DNA from: Candidatus Saccharimonadales bacterium
Lineage (GTDB): Bacteria; Patescibacteriota; Saccharimonadia; QS-5-54-17
DNA length: 54,812 nt
Direction of reading: 5' to 3'
Assembly: GCA_040876925.1 (NCBI GenBank)
Contig: JBBDOS010000011.1
Coordinates: forward strand, 1-54,812
The notes below the pieces were generated by a model. It ran no database searches, had not been told where the DNA came from, and worked only from the letters and a program-made list of their open reading frames with translations. Shown in pieces: positions 18,190 through 28,313 of this stretch (position 1 is its first letter; each line of letters begins with the position of its first letter). The translations under genes and the position numbers were made by a program.

Positions 18190-20760
18190 TTAACCCAAAT
18201 CAGCCCAAGTATCACCTATAACTGTATCTACCTCTAGTTTAACGCTTAAATCTGTTCTGATATTTTCCATGACCCTCTCTACCTGTTTAGCTACGTCTTC
18301 TGCTTTATCCTTAGGACACTCTATTAGGATAGAGTCGTGAATCTGTAGTATCTGCCGAGAATCATCATCTAGTAACTTATCTACCTCTATCATAGCTAGT
18401 TTCATTAAGTCTGCAGCGCTACCTTGAATCGGCATATTAATAGCTGCTCGCTCAGCGGTCGCTCGAACTGCAAGATTAGCAGATTTAATATCTGGCATAG
18501 GGCGACGACGGCCTAATATAGTCTCTACATAACCCTCTTTTTTAGCCTGTTTCTTCAAACTCTCTAGATATTCATACAGCTTCGGCCTAATCTTAAAGTA
18601 TTTATCGATAAAGTCTTTGGCTTCGTCTCTACTCATGCCGGTTGATATTGAGAGTCCGTGCGGACTCATACCATACATAACGCCAAAATTGACTGCTTTA
18701 GCGTTATAGCGCTGCTCTTTAGTAACGTCTTTAATATCAATTCCATATAGCTGAGCTGATGTTTGAGCGTGAATATCTAAACTATCATTAAATGCAGCAA
18801 TCATTTGTTCATCACCACTCAATATTGCAGCCAATCTTAGTTCAAACTGAGAATAATCGGCGTTAATTAAGGTATTGCCCTCATCAGCTATAAAGGCTCT
18901 TCGAATGGCTCTACCCTCTTCAGTACGGATAGGGATATTCTGTAGATTGGGGTTTAAACTAGATAATCTGCCGGTCTGAGCTACTGTCTGAGTTAATGTA
19001 GTATGTAGCCGCCCATTAGCATCTACTAATTTAGGCAGAGCGTCTATGTAAGTACCTTTTAATTTGTTCAATTCGCGGTAATGGCTAATTAGATTAATTA
19101 TTGGATGCAGGTGCCATAGCTTCTGGAGCTCGCTAGCTCCAGTTGAATAACCCGACTTAGTTTTCTTAATACCTTCTGTTGATAAATTTAATTTTTCAAA
19201 TAGTATAGCTTGGAGTTGATTAGGTGAATTAATATTAAACTCTTGACCAGCTTGCTTATATATAGCCCCTTCTAATTCCTTAATTCTGCCAGCAAAGTCT
19301 TCACTCATATCTGCTAGATAGTCACTATCTAGCTTAACACCTACGGTTTCTATCTTGGCTATCACCGGTATTAACGGCCACTCTACTACTTCGGCTACTT
19401 TTTTTAGTTTCGGAACTTTAGTAAGTTCTGATCTGTAATGATCATGTAATTGCCAAAGCAGGGTTAGGGATTCCCCAGAGTGAATCTTATCAATATCATC
19501 ACTGCGTTTAATATCGGGCACCGTTAGAGATAAGCTATCTTGTACCAGCTCTGGGAATGTCTGTCTTCTAAGTAATGGATTGAGCAAAAAAGCAGCTATA
19601 GTAATATCGAAAGATACTTCCTCGTTGTGTTTTAGTTTCTTTAGCTCGTCCTTAGCGTGAAAGCCTATAATCTTACTAACTTTTAAGTCATTAATATCTA
19701 CTATGTAAGCTTCCTTGTTATTAGGACTAACCAAAGCCTTATCCTCTAGCGTAACCACTAGGGCTTCTTTAAGTTCTAATTTACTGTTATGTTCCTTGAT
19801 GTTTATAGGCTTAACTTGATGGTTGTTAATAGTATCGTTGTCGTCATCACCTTCAGCAAATAGTCCTTGAGTAGGTCTCATCCACTCAGGTAAGTCCTCC
19901 TTAAGTCTGCGGAAACCTAATTCATTAAACAAAGCTTCTATCTCTATAGGATTAGAGTCTTTAACATCAGCTGCTTCTAGATCTAGGTCTATTGGTAAAT
20001 CACAGATAATACGTACTAAATCGCGGCTCAGATAAGCCATGTCTTTGTCTTTTTTCAATTTTGCAGCTACAGCTGGTTTGATATCTGCTAGGTGTTTATA
20101 GACATTATCCAGAGATTTATATGCAATTATTAATTCTTTGGCTGTTTTCTCGCCCACTCCAGCTACTCCAGGTATATTATCACTGGGATCACCTCTTAAG
20201 GCTTTGTAATCACTAAACTGGGTAGGGGTCATACCAAATTCTTCTTGAATCTTTTGCTCATTGTAGCTAATAGTTTTACTAAGACCTGTTTTTAGAGCTA
20301 AAACACTGGTATGTCCATTAACTAGCTGCAGGGTATCTAAATCACTAGTAACCATAACTATGTCTAGGCCTTCTTTTTTACCCTTCTCGCCTAAAGTACC
20401 CATAATATCATCAGCCTCATAGTCATCTATCTCTAGGAAAGGCCAAGACAAAGCTTCACATAATCGGCGGACATCTGGTATCTGTTCTCTCATATCTTCT
20501 GGCATCGGCTTACGATTAGCTTTGTAGTCTTTATACATCTTGCGCCGAGAATGAGTATTGGTCTTTGATTTATCCCAAGCCACAATTACATAATCAGGAT
20601 TTACATCATTAACCACCTTAAGAGCCATCATAGCAAAACCATAGGTAGCTCCTGTTGGTTTACCTTGGCGATTAGCTAGATGAGTCATGGCATAATACCC
20701 TCTATATAGCACCGATTTACCATCTATAATTGCTAGCTTCTTCCTCTCGCTCATAGTCAT
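18190..20760 (-). CDS. polA: DNA polymerase I; likely start ATG 20754
   Basis: 5'-3' exonuclease (YEADD, GDPSDNIPGV.GVG.KTA), TGRLSS..PNLQNIP, DYSQFELR, AKAVNFG, QIHD. Confidence 0.98.
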   Translation of the reverse strand: MTMSERKKLAIIDGKSVLYRGYYAMTHLANRQGKPTGATYGFAMMALKVVNDVNPDYVIVAWDKSKTNTHSRRKMYKDYKANRKPMPEDMREQIPDVRRLCEALSWPFLEIDDYEADDIMGTLGEKGKKEGLDIVMVTSDLDTLQLVNGHTSVLALKTGLSKTISYNEQKIQEEFGMTPTQFSDYKALRGDPSDNIPGVAGVGEKTAKELIIAYKSLDNVYKHLADIKPAVAAKLKKDKDMAYLSRDLVRIICDLPIDLDLEAADVKDSNPIEIEALFNELGFRRLKEDLPEWMRPTQGLFAEGDDDNDTINNHQVKPINIKEHNSKLELKEALVVTLEDKALVSPNNKEAYIVDINDLKVSKIIGFHAKDELKKLKHNEEVSFDITIAAFLLNPLLRRQTFPELVQDSLSLTVPDIKRSDDIDKIHSGESLTLLWQLHDHYRSELTKVPKLKKVAEVVEWPLIPVIAKIETVGVKLDSDYLADMSEDFAGRIKELEGAIYKQAGQEFNINSPNQLQAILFEKLNLSTEGIKKTKSGYSTGASELQKLWHLHPIINLISHYRELNKLKGTYIDALPKLVDANGRLHTTLTQTVAQTGRLSSLNPNLQNIPIRTEEGRAIRRAFIADEGNTLINADYSQFELRLAAILSGDEQMIAAFNDSLDIHAQTSAQLYGIDIKDVTKEQRYNAKAVNFGVMYGMSPHGLSISTGMSRDEAKDFIDKYFKIRPKLYEYLESLKKQAKKEGYVETILGRRRPMPDIKSANLAVRATAERAAINMPIQGSAADLMKLAMIEVDKLLDDDSRQILQIHDSILIECPKDKAEDVAKQVERVMENIRTDLSVKLEVDTVIGDTWADLG

Positions 20761-20812
20761 AGTATATAGGTTATGAGCTTAAGGTGTTAGGCCTTTATGG
20801 CCTATGACTGCT

Positions 20813-21910
20813 TTAGCCCAGATAGTCTTTTAGCTCTCTAGACTCTTTGTTCTTGCGTAGTTTAGTCAAGGCCTTAGCCTCAATCTGTCTAATTCTTTCT
20901 CTAGTTACACCAAACTCATGGCCTACTTCTTCTAGTGTATGAGTGCGACCATCCTCTAAGCCAAAGCGCATCTTTAGAATCTTTTTCTCCCTAGGAGAAA
21001 GTACATCTAGCATAACGTTAACATGTTCTTTAAGCAGTTGTTGAGTGGCTGTTTCTTCTGGTGTGGCTGAATCTTCGTCTTCTATGAAGTCACCCAACTT
21101 AGAGTCGTCCTCATCATCACGCACTGGAGCATCTAGTGAGGATATATCCTGCTTAATTTTCATGATGTACTCAACTTTTTCTATCTCTAGTTCCATTTCT
21201 TTAGCTAGCTCCTCATTAGTAGGTTCTCTACCCATTTCCTGAGTCATACGTCTTTGCGTACGCATTAGCTTATTGATTGTCTCTACCATGTGCACCGGTA
21301 TACGGATAGTTCTAGCCTGGTCTGCTATAGCGCGGGTAATAGCCTGACGAATCCACCAAGTAGCATAGGTGGAGAATTTAAACCCTCTAGTAGGATCGAA
21401 TTTTTCTACTGCCCTTAGCAGCCCGGTATTACCTTCCTGAATAAGATCAAGTAAATCCAAGCCTCTACCGACATATTTTTTGGCAATTGAAACAACTAAT
21501 CGCATGTTAGCTTCTGCCATTTTATCTTTAGCGCCCTTATCACCATTAACTACCTTAGTAGCTAGCTCAATTTCTTCTTCGGCGGAGAGTAGAGGAGTTT
21601 TCCCAATATCACGCAAATATAGGCGTACTGAGTCATCAGATATATCATCTACATAGCTGTTGTTATCATCCTTTTCGTCCTCATCTTCCCAGGTGCTACC
21701 TTTCTCGTTGATAATCTCTACACCAGCATCGATAAAATCAGAGTGCAGTTGATCTAATACATCGATATTCTCATCTTTATCGTCTATCTTTTTAACTACT
21801 TCTTTGTAGTCAATATAGCCCTGTCTTTGACCTTTTTTAAGTAACTTTAAGGCCTCTTCTTCTGGGTCTAGAGTAGTTTTCTTCTTGTTATTAGTAGTCT
21901 TCTTCGGCAA
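20813..21910 (-). CDS. rpoD: Primary sigma factor RpoD/SigA, TTG start
   Basis: [54 protein letters not shown]. Confidence 0.98.
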   Translation of the reverse strand: MPKKTTNNKKKTTLDPEEEALKLLKKGQRQGYIDYKEVVKKIDDKDENIDVLDQLHSDFIDAGVEIINEKGSTWEDEDEKDDNNSYVDDISDDSVRLYLRDIGKTPLLSAEEEIELATKVVNGDKGAKDKMAEANMRLVVSIAKKYVGRGLDLLDLIQEGNTGLLRAVEKFDPTRGFKFSTYATWWIRQAITRAIADQARTIRIPVHMVETINKLMRTQRRMTQEMGREPTNEELAKEMELEIEKVEYIMKIKQDISSLDAPVRDDEDDSKLGDFIEDEDSATPEETATQQLLKEHVNVMLDVLSPREKKILKMRFGLEDGRTHTLEEVGHEFGVTRERIRQIEAKALTKLRKNKESRELKDYLG

Positions 21911-21951
21911 AATAACCTCCTAATTTAAAATTATTAATTTAGCTCTCATGT

Positions 21952-23700
21952 CTATTGGGAACTTTTATTAGCCTGTTGATATTCTTTTAGTAGTTTCTGC
22001 CGCAAATTAGTATCACCTGCTGCTTCTGCTGCAGCAATATCCTGACTCAGTTGTTGTTTGTATCTTTTGTTTTGCAATTCTTCTAGGCGGTGGGTCAGGC
22101 TGAAGGCTTCTACTTGTCTATCTACCCCATTCCATGACCCATATATCTCTTCGCCCTTTAATAGAAGTATTTTGACATAGTTATCTAGTGATTGCAACGA
22201 CTTAGGAAGCTGTACGTCAGCTATTTCTTCTTCATGCTTATTTAACCATTGTATGAGTGGCAATAATTCTTCTGGAAGGTGGTCTTTTTTAATATCGCTA
22301 AGCGCACTGCGAGTATCGGCGTAAGTAGTAGTTAAAGACAATAGTGCCCCTAGCACTGTTTTAATATCATCATGAACTATATTCTCAGTCCTAGCTTCCT
22401 CGCTAACAGACTTCATCTTCTTAATAGTAGTAGGCTGGGTAGCAGATAGCTTATCAGTTATTGCCGATGGCGCTACGCCGACAAGATCAGCTACTTGATT
22501 GATGTAGTGTTCTTTCTCTACAGCATCTTTAATTTTAAGCAAACTGCCGCTGATACGAGTAGTAAACTCTCTTTTGGCCTGGGCTTGAGATAGATCATAT
22601 TTATCTTTAAGACTATTGATTAGCCAGTCCATAACATAGTCTTTGTTCTGTAGTACTTTTTGCCACTGCTTAGGATCCTGACGGATAATATCATCTGGGT
22701 CTTTACCTTCTGGTACAGTGGCAATATATAGGTTAACTCCCACATCTTGAGCTAGGGGAATAATTCGCTCAGTAGCTTTAATGCCAGCTTCATCAGCATC
22801 AAAAGCTAAAACAATATTTTGGCTAAGCCTAGATAAAGCTTTTAGTTGGTGAGTAGTAACTGCCGTACCGCTCATGGCCACTACATTATCTTCTCCGGCT
22901 TGGTGAGAGCTAATGACATCCAAGTTCCCCTCTACTACAATCGACTCATCTTTTTTTCTAATACTGTCTTTGGCTTGATATAGGCCGAAGACGAAACGGC
23001 CCTTATCAAAAACTATAGTTTGAGCAGTATTTAGGTATTTAGGCCCGTTACCGTCGTCTTTAAGTACTCTGCCGGTAAAGCCAACTACTCTACCTTGGCT
23101 ATCTATAAATGGCACTATTATCCTGCCACGGAACATATCAAGTAATCTACCGCCGCGCTTATTAGCCAGCCCTGCGTCTATAATCTCCTGCTCCTGGTAA
23201 CCTTCCTTCTTCAAAAAAGCTACTAGACTATCGCCTTTTTCTGGTGACCAGCCTAATTTGAATGTCTTAATAGTATCGGTGCTAAAGCCTCTCGTTTTAA
23301 TGACATAATCTTTAGCTGTTTCGTTCTTACTCAAAAGTATATGGTAGTACTTAGACGCTTTTTCAAGCATTTCATAAGCTTTTTCTTTGCGCTGTTTTAT
23401 CTTGCCACTATCAGCACTTTTTTCTGGTAACTCTACGCCGGCTTTGCGGGCTAGTAACTCCAGAGCGCCTCTGAAATCAAGGCCATCTACTTTCTGAACG
23501 AAACTAAATATATCTCCACCCTCGCTGCAGCCAAAACAGTGATATATACCCTTATCAGGGCTAACTACAAAGCTGGGAGTTTTTTCATGATGAAATGGGC
23601 ACAAGCCCTTGAAGTTATGTCCAGCTTGTTTAAGCTGCACGTACTCACCCACCACCTCTTCTACTCCTAGCCGATCCTTTATCTCCGCAACTTCATCCAT
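21952..23700 (-). CDS. dnaG: DNA primase
   Basis: CPFHHEKTPSF..CFGC zinc ribbon, PKYLNT, TOPRIM VEG..DV and FD.DEAG, KDPDD. Confidence 0.98.
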   Translation of the reverse strand: MDEVAEIKDRLGVEEVVGEYVQLKQAGHNFKGLCPFHHEKTPSFVVSPDKGIYHCFGCSEGGDIFSFVQKVDGLDFRGALELLARKAGVELPEKSADSGKIKQRKEKAYEMLEKASKYYHILLSKNETAKDYVIKTRGFSTDTIKTFKLGWSPEKGDSLVAFLKKEGYQEQEIIDAGLANKRGGRLLDMFRGRIIVPFIDSQGRVVGFTGRVLKDDGNGPKYLNTAQTIVFDKGRFVFGLYQAKDSIRKKDESIVVEGNLDVISSHQAGEDNVVAMSGTAVTTHQLKALSRLSQNIVLAFDADEAGIKATERIIPLAQDVGVNLYIATVPEGKDPDDIIRQDPKQWQKVLQNKDYVMDWLINSLKDKYDLSQAQAKREFTTRISGSLLKIKDAVEKEHYINQVADLVGVAPSAITDKLSATQPTTIKKMKSVSEEARTENIVHDDIKTVLGALLSLTTTYADTRSALSDIKKDHLPEELLPLIQWLNKHEEEIADVQLPKSLQSLDNYVKILLLKGEEIYGSWNGVDRQVEAFSLTHRLEELQNKRYKQQLSQDIAAAEAAGDTNLRQKLLKEYQQANKSSQ

Positions 23701-23761
23701 ACGTATATTTAGTATATATGTTTTAGACAGGTTTTAGCTAACAAATGCTATAATTAAGCTT

Positions 23762-24247
23762 ATGGATACCTCCAAATTACTGGTTATAGCTGGTGTCGTA
23801 TTTGGTATAGTCTTCTTCTTATGGATGCTTAGTCTTATATTGAGAGGCAACGATCCCGTAGAAGAGGCCTTAGCAACCAGCCTGCAAGCACAAGTAAATG
23901 CTGTAGAAATCAGTGATATTACTAGTAGTAGATCATCAGATCTAGAGACACAATCTCTAGCTACTAATATACTCAGTACTACTAGTAGCGACTATCAAGT
24001 GCTATCAGAATACTACCGCAACAACTACGCCTCTGCTCCTAGTAGAGCTGATTCAGCAATTGTTGATGATATTAATAATGCCGGTGAAAACCTAGGATCA
24101 ATATATAGACAGACTGTTAGGGAGCAATTGCAAATTAGCTTGGATAACTTAGAGAATATACCTACTGAAGATTTAAGTGATAACTTTATAGATGATATTA
24201 ACTCAAGTATCTTAAATCACCAGAGGCATTTGAGCCGTTTAGAATAG
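23762..24247 (+). CDS. Hypothetical membrane-anchored helical protein
   Basis: N-terminal TM helix; TGcTATAAT 7 nt before ATG; divergent from dnaG. Confidence 0.65.
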   Translation: MDTSKLLVIAGVVFGIVFFLWMLSLILRGNDPVEEALATSLQAQVNAVEISDITSSRSSDLETQSLATNILSTTSSDYQVLSEYYRNNYASAPSRADSAIVDDINNAGENLGSIYRQTVREQLQISLDNLENIPTEDLSDNFIDDINSSILNHQRHLSRLE

Positions 24248-24346
24248 CTACTGACTTAAATTAAGTAGTTGCTTAGATAGAGATTATCAAGGATACTTCT
24301 AAAGAAAGAGTATAAGTTAGATATTTTTAAAGGATTAATTATTAAT

Positions 24347-24535
24347 ATGGATTTTAATAACGCCAATTTTAGAGCCACAGTAGTTTTTGTAGTAGTTGGC
24401 CTAATTTTATGGGCTATCATGCGTATAATAGCTGGTATCGGTATTAGCCTCTTTGGTTCTAACGTATTAGTGCTAATAGGTGCCGGGTGGACAGCTTACT
24501 GGGTCTGGAAGAAGACCGAACACGGTAGATACTAG
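24347..24535 (+). CDS. Small hypothetical membrane protein (2 TM)
   Basis: 62 aa, two hydrophobic segments, AAGGA upstream. Confidence 0.6.
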   Translation: MDFNNANFRATVVFVVVGLILWAIMRIIAGIGISLFGSNVLVLIGAGWTAYWVWKKTEHGRY

Positions 24536-24550
24536 CTTAGAGGTGCATTT

Positions 24551-25216
24551 CTAGTTTTTTCTAGCAACAGTTTTAGCTAATTGAGGGTTATCTCTCATAA
24601 ACTTATGGACTAAGCGTCTAAACACTCCAGTCTCTTCTCTTTTGATATAGAAGTAGCCAACCGTGGAAGTGATAGCCGCTCCTATAGCGTTAAGTATCAA
24701 ATCCACCATAGTATCAAATCCGCTAGGTTGCATAGTCAAATCAAAGCTCTGATCCATAATAAACTCAAATACCTCCCACATAGCCCCGATAGTCATAGAA
24801 AAACAAAAAGCAAATAGAGCTATTAGAGAGGCTGAGGCCTCAAGTTTATGACGATGATAGATCGTATACATGATTAGAAAGCCTATAAAACCAAACACTA
24901 TAGCAGCTGTAAAGTGCATGACTGAGTCCCACCACCAGAATATGCCATAAAAATCATGTAATTCACCTAAAAATATTGAGGCATATATTAGAACAACCAT
25001 ATACACCTCTATTTCTAGGGGTATCTTAACCCCATACCATCTCTGCACTAAGTCAGCTATATAGGTCATAGCTAGCACCACTAGGCTAACGAAAATCTCC
25101 ATCCAATGTAGAGTAATTAAAGCAAGTACAGCCGAAACTACTAATAGGATTCTAATAATCCTTAATGTCCATACCAACACCTTATCAGTGGCGTCTAGTT
25201 GTATATACTTATCCAT
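24551..25216 (-). CDS. Integral membrane protein (YjdF/DUF2238-like)
   Basis: FY..F.WWD..MH, G.MWEVFEF..D, DTM.DL..N..GA motifs; about 6 TM. Confidence 0.75.
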   Translation of the reverse strand: MDKYIQLDATDKVLVWTLRIIRILLVVSAVLALITLHWMEIFVSLVVLAMTYIADLVQRWYGVKIPLEIEVYMVVLIYASIFLGELHDFYGIFWWWDSVMHFTAAIVFGFIGFLIMYTIYHRHKLEASASLIALFAFCFSMTIGAMWEVFEFIMDQSFDLTMQPSGFDTMVDLILNAIGAAITSTVGYFYIKREETGVFRRLVHKFMRDNPQLAKTVARKN

Positions 25217-25351
25217 TCTTAAATAACCTCTAACTGTTTTTATATATAGATTTATATTAGCATTTATTCAACATCTAATAAGGATATTTGCTTGCAAGTA
25301 TTTTATTTTGTGATATAAATGATACGCGACTTATTGATTAAAGAGGTATAA

Positions 25352-25798
25352 ATGAAATCAATTGAAACATCAGCTTTTGCAGCTGAGCAAATTACTGCTG
25401 AGATACTAGCTGCTAGATTAGTAACAGAAGAAATAGAAGGTCTAGTGAAAGAATTAAATGAGAGTACTTTCATAACTCCTTGGTGCAGTGAGTATTCTTT
25501 AGATAGAGGTATTGGTATCTGCCTAACTCCCTATGCTGATGAATCTAGTAGTGATAATGATTACAATACTGGCTACTTTATCCAGATAATTTGCTCTGAA
25601 GGATTTAAAACTATTCATAGCAACTCAAATGAAACTCAAATGCGAGGAGTTTGGGGTAAATTTATCGAGTCTCTAAAAAACCAGAGTATACAGATTGATC
25701 CATGGAATCATAGGGATCTTCCAGCGGAAGATTCATACATCATCCCGCATGAACAATTGGATAAAGTTAGAGACTATTTAAGTAACCAGACAAATTAA
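25352..25798 (+). CDS. Hypothetical protein
   Basis: 148-aa ORF with AGAGG SD and upstream TTGC...TGATATAA promoter-like sequence; no recognised motif. Confidence 0.6.
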   Translation: MKSIETSAFAAEQITAEILAARLVTEEIEGLVKELNESTFITPWCSEYSLDRGIGICLTPYADESSSDNDYNTGYFIQIICSEGFKTIHSNSNETQMRGVWGKFIESLKNQSIQIDPWNHRDLPAEDSYIIPHEQLDKVRDYLSNQTN

Positions 25799-25836
25799 AT
25801 AAAAATATCCATTAAACAAATAAATAGATTATCTTT

Positions 25837-25928
<92 letters not shown>

Positions 25929-26065
25929 TAGGGTGACTATCATTATAGTGTATAAGAAAAGTGGCTAAATATAAAAAGCTAGAAACTTTGCTTTGAGTTA
26001 ATGACTGTAATTGGAACCGTGGCTTAATTAATGCTAGATTAACAAGCAAAGTCTTAGGAGTTTTC

Positions 26066-26821
26066 TTGAGTAAAAAAGCTGATATATACAGAAGAAGACG
26101 TTTTATGCTATTAGTAGCTGTTTCTGCTGCCCTATTCCTTTATATAGCTATCGCCAATCATCAGCAACAACTTCTAGTCTCTCAGATAAATAGTTCAGTA
26201 ACCCAGGCAGAAAACCCTGAGCAAATCAATCAAGATAAGCCCCTGATACTGGCTAGACAGGCTCTTGGGGAGCTGGTTGTTAAGCAAGCTGTCTCGAGAG
26301 TAAGTTATGTTCGTGGTGACTTTAGCCCTGGTTGGGGCAATGTAGAAGGTTGTGATATGCGCAACCGTATACTAGCAAGAGATTTAAACCAACTAGTAGT
26401 AGATGAAGATAACTGCACCGTAATCTCAGGTGAGCTCAAATCTGATCCATTTACCGGTGAATCTATTAAGTTTGAAAGGGGTGTTGGCACAAGTGGCGAT
26501 ATACATATAGAGCATTTAGTGGCTGTTTCCGATGCTTGGGTAAAAGGAGCTCAAGAATTAACAGACCAGGAGCGGCATCAATTTTACAACGACCCGCTTA
26601 ACCTAATAGCGGTTGATGGTATGACCAATATAGCTAAAGGTAATCAAGATGCGTCTGAATGGCTACCGCCACCAGAGTATCGCTGCCTATATATAGCCAG
26701 GCAAATCGCCGTTAAGCTTAAGTATGAGTTATGGGTAAGCCCTAGGGAGTATCAGGCTATGAATCAAACACTACAGACTTGCCCACAGCAAGTTCTACCC
26801 ATAGAAAAGGCTAAATCTTAG
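26066..26821 (+). CDS. Membrane-anchored HNH endonuclease (DUF1524-like)
   Basis: RRRR plus TM anchor, Y.R..F..GW, C..R..IL.RDL, IEH.V..SDAW..GA, NDP.NL.AVDG..N..KG, C.Y..RQ..VK..Y. Confidence 0.85.
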   Translation: MSKKADIYRRRRFMLLVAVSAALFLYIAIANHQQQLLVSQINSSVTQAENPEQINQDKPLILARQALGELVVKQAVSRVSYVRGDFSPGWGNVEGCDMRNRILARDLNQLVVDEDNCTVISGELKSDPFTGESIKFERGVGTSGDIHIEHLVAVSDAWVKGAQELTDQERHQFYNDPLNLIAVDGMTNIAKGNQDASEWLPPPEYRCLYIARQIAVKLKYELWVSPREYQAMNQTLQTCPQQVLPIEKAKS

Positions 26822-28282
26822 ATGTTAAGGAAAATTATTGATGCCAAGGTTCATATCTCTTGGCAGATAGCTACTCTCAGCGGCGGCATATTAGTTGGGG
26901 CCGCTACCGCCACTCAATTAACTGCCTGGTGGCAGTTTGATATACATCTCTGGTTAGCTGCAGCCACTTCCCTAGCGATAATAGGGTTTTTAAAAAAGAG
27001 CCTAGTCTTCATGCCGCTACTATTATTAGCTGGTAGCATTATCGGTGTTTTAATAGGCACTAATCAGCAACAAAAACTAGCAACCTATCAGCAGTTCTAC
27101 TCTAGCTCGGTTGTTATCCAAGCCAGAGTAGCCGATGATACCACCTACGGCCCAAGAGGCGACCTCAGGCTAAGGCTGGATAAAGTAACCATTGAGTCTA
27201 AAGATTTACCTGGAGATATTTGGGTCAGTACTGCTACTAGCGCTAATATTAAGCGTGGCGATATCATCAAACTGTCCGGATATTTAAACGAGGGGTTTGG
27301 CAATCTATCAGCCTCTATTTACAGAGCTAATCTGTTAGATGTCTACAGACCCGAGCCTGGAGATATAGCTAGAAGAACAAGAGATATGCTAGCTAACCAT
27401 ATTAGATCAGCCATATCGGAACCAGAATCTTTATTAGGGGTAAGCTTCCTATTCGGTCAGAAACTTATCTTGCCAAGCGACTTACTAGATAGACTGCGCC
27501 TGCTAGGACTAGCTCACGTAGTAGTGGCTAGTGGATTTCACCTAACTATCGTCGTTAAATATATTAGACGTAGCCTTGCTAAGCTGTCTAAATATCTAGC
27601 TACTTTAGTTAGTTTTCTAGCAGTTGCTGGCTTTTTGTTGGTTACCGGTTTTAGCACCTCTATGACAAGGGCAGCTTTAGTAACTGGATTTAGTCTAATA
27701 GCCGCTTATTATGGCCGTAACTTTCATCCGGTCATCTTACTACTAGTGGTAGCAGCCACTACTATCTTAATCGATCCAGCAGCCATTAGTGGTGATGTTG
27801 GCTGGTTCTTGTCTTTCGCTGCTTTTGCCGGAGTTATTATTTTAAGCCCCTTACTTAATAGCTATTTCTGGGGTGAATCAAAGCCTGGTATGTGGCGGTA
27901 TATTATTCTAGCTACTACCTCGGCCCAGATTACTACTTTTCCGATAATCGCTCACTTCTTCGGCCAATATTCACCACTAGCTTTAGTCTCTAATCTAGCC
28001 ATCCTACCGTTAGTGCCCTTAGCTATGCTGCTTAGTTTAGTGGCTGGGTTAGTTAATATAGTCGCTCCGGCAATATCAACGGTTACCGGCTGGCCAGCTT
28101 ACGTTATATTACGATATATGAATGAAATTACCGAAAAGTTAGCTAACTTAAAAATAGCTAGTAATGAAATAGAATTTTCCATTTTAGCAGTTATAGTGAG
28201 CTATATTTTTATACTTTTGCTGATTTTGTATCTGAAAAAAGTTACTGGATATAATTTGCGCACCGAGAATCCAGTTGAATAA
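26822..28282 (+). CDS. comEC: ComEC/Rec2 DNA-uptake channel lacking the C-terminal metallo-beta-lactamase domain
   Basis: N-terminal TMs and OB-like region, GLAHVVVASGFHL, S..RA, D.GW.LSF.A..G, AQ..T.P, N...LP. Confidence 0.92.
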   Translation: MLRKIIDAKVHISWQIATLSGGILVGAATATQLTAWWQFDIHLWLAAATSLAIIGFLKKSLVFMPLLLLAGSIIGVLIGTNQQQKLATYQQFYSSSVVIQARVADDTTYGPRGDLRLRLDKVTIESKDLPGDIWVSTATSANIKRGDIIKLSGYLNEGFGNLSASIYRANLLDVYRPEPGDIARRTRDMLANHIRSAISEPESLLGVSFLFGQKLILPSDLLDRLRLLGLAHVVVASGFHLTIVVKYIRRSLAKLSKYLATLVSFLAVAGFLLVTGFSTSMTRAALVTGFSLIAAYYGRNFHPVILLLVVAATTILIDPAAISGDVGWFLSFAAFAGVIILSPLLNSYFWGESKPGMWRYIILATTSAQITTFPIIAHFFGQYSPLALVSNLAILPLVPLAMLLSLVAGLVNIVAPAISTVTGWPAYVILRYMNEITEKLANLKIASNEIEFSILAVIVSYIFILLLILYLKKVTGYNLRTENPVE

Positions 28283-28313
28283 AATTTGCAAATCCTTAAC
28301 ATAAGCTTTATGA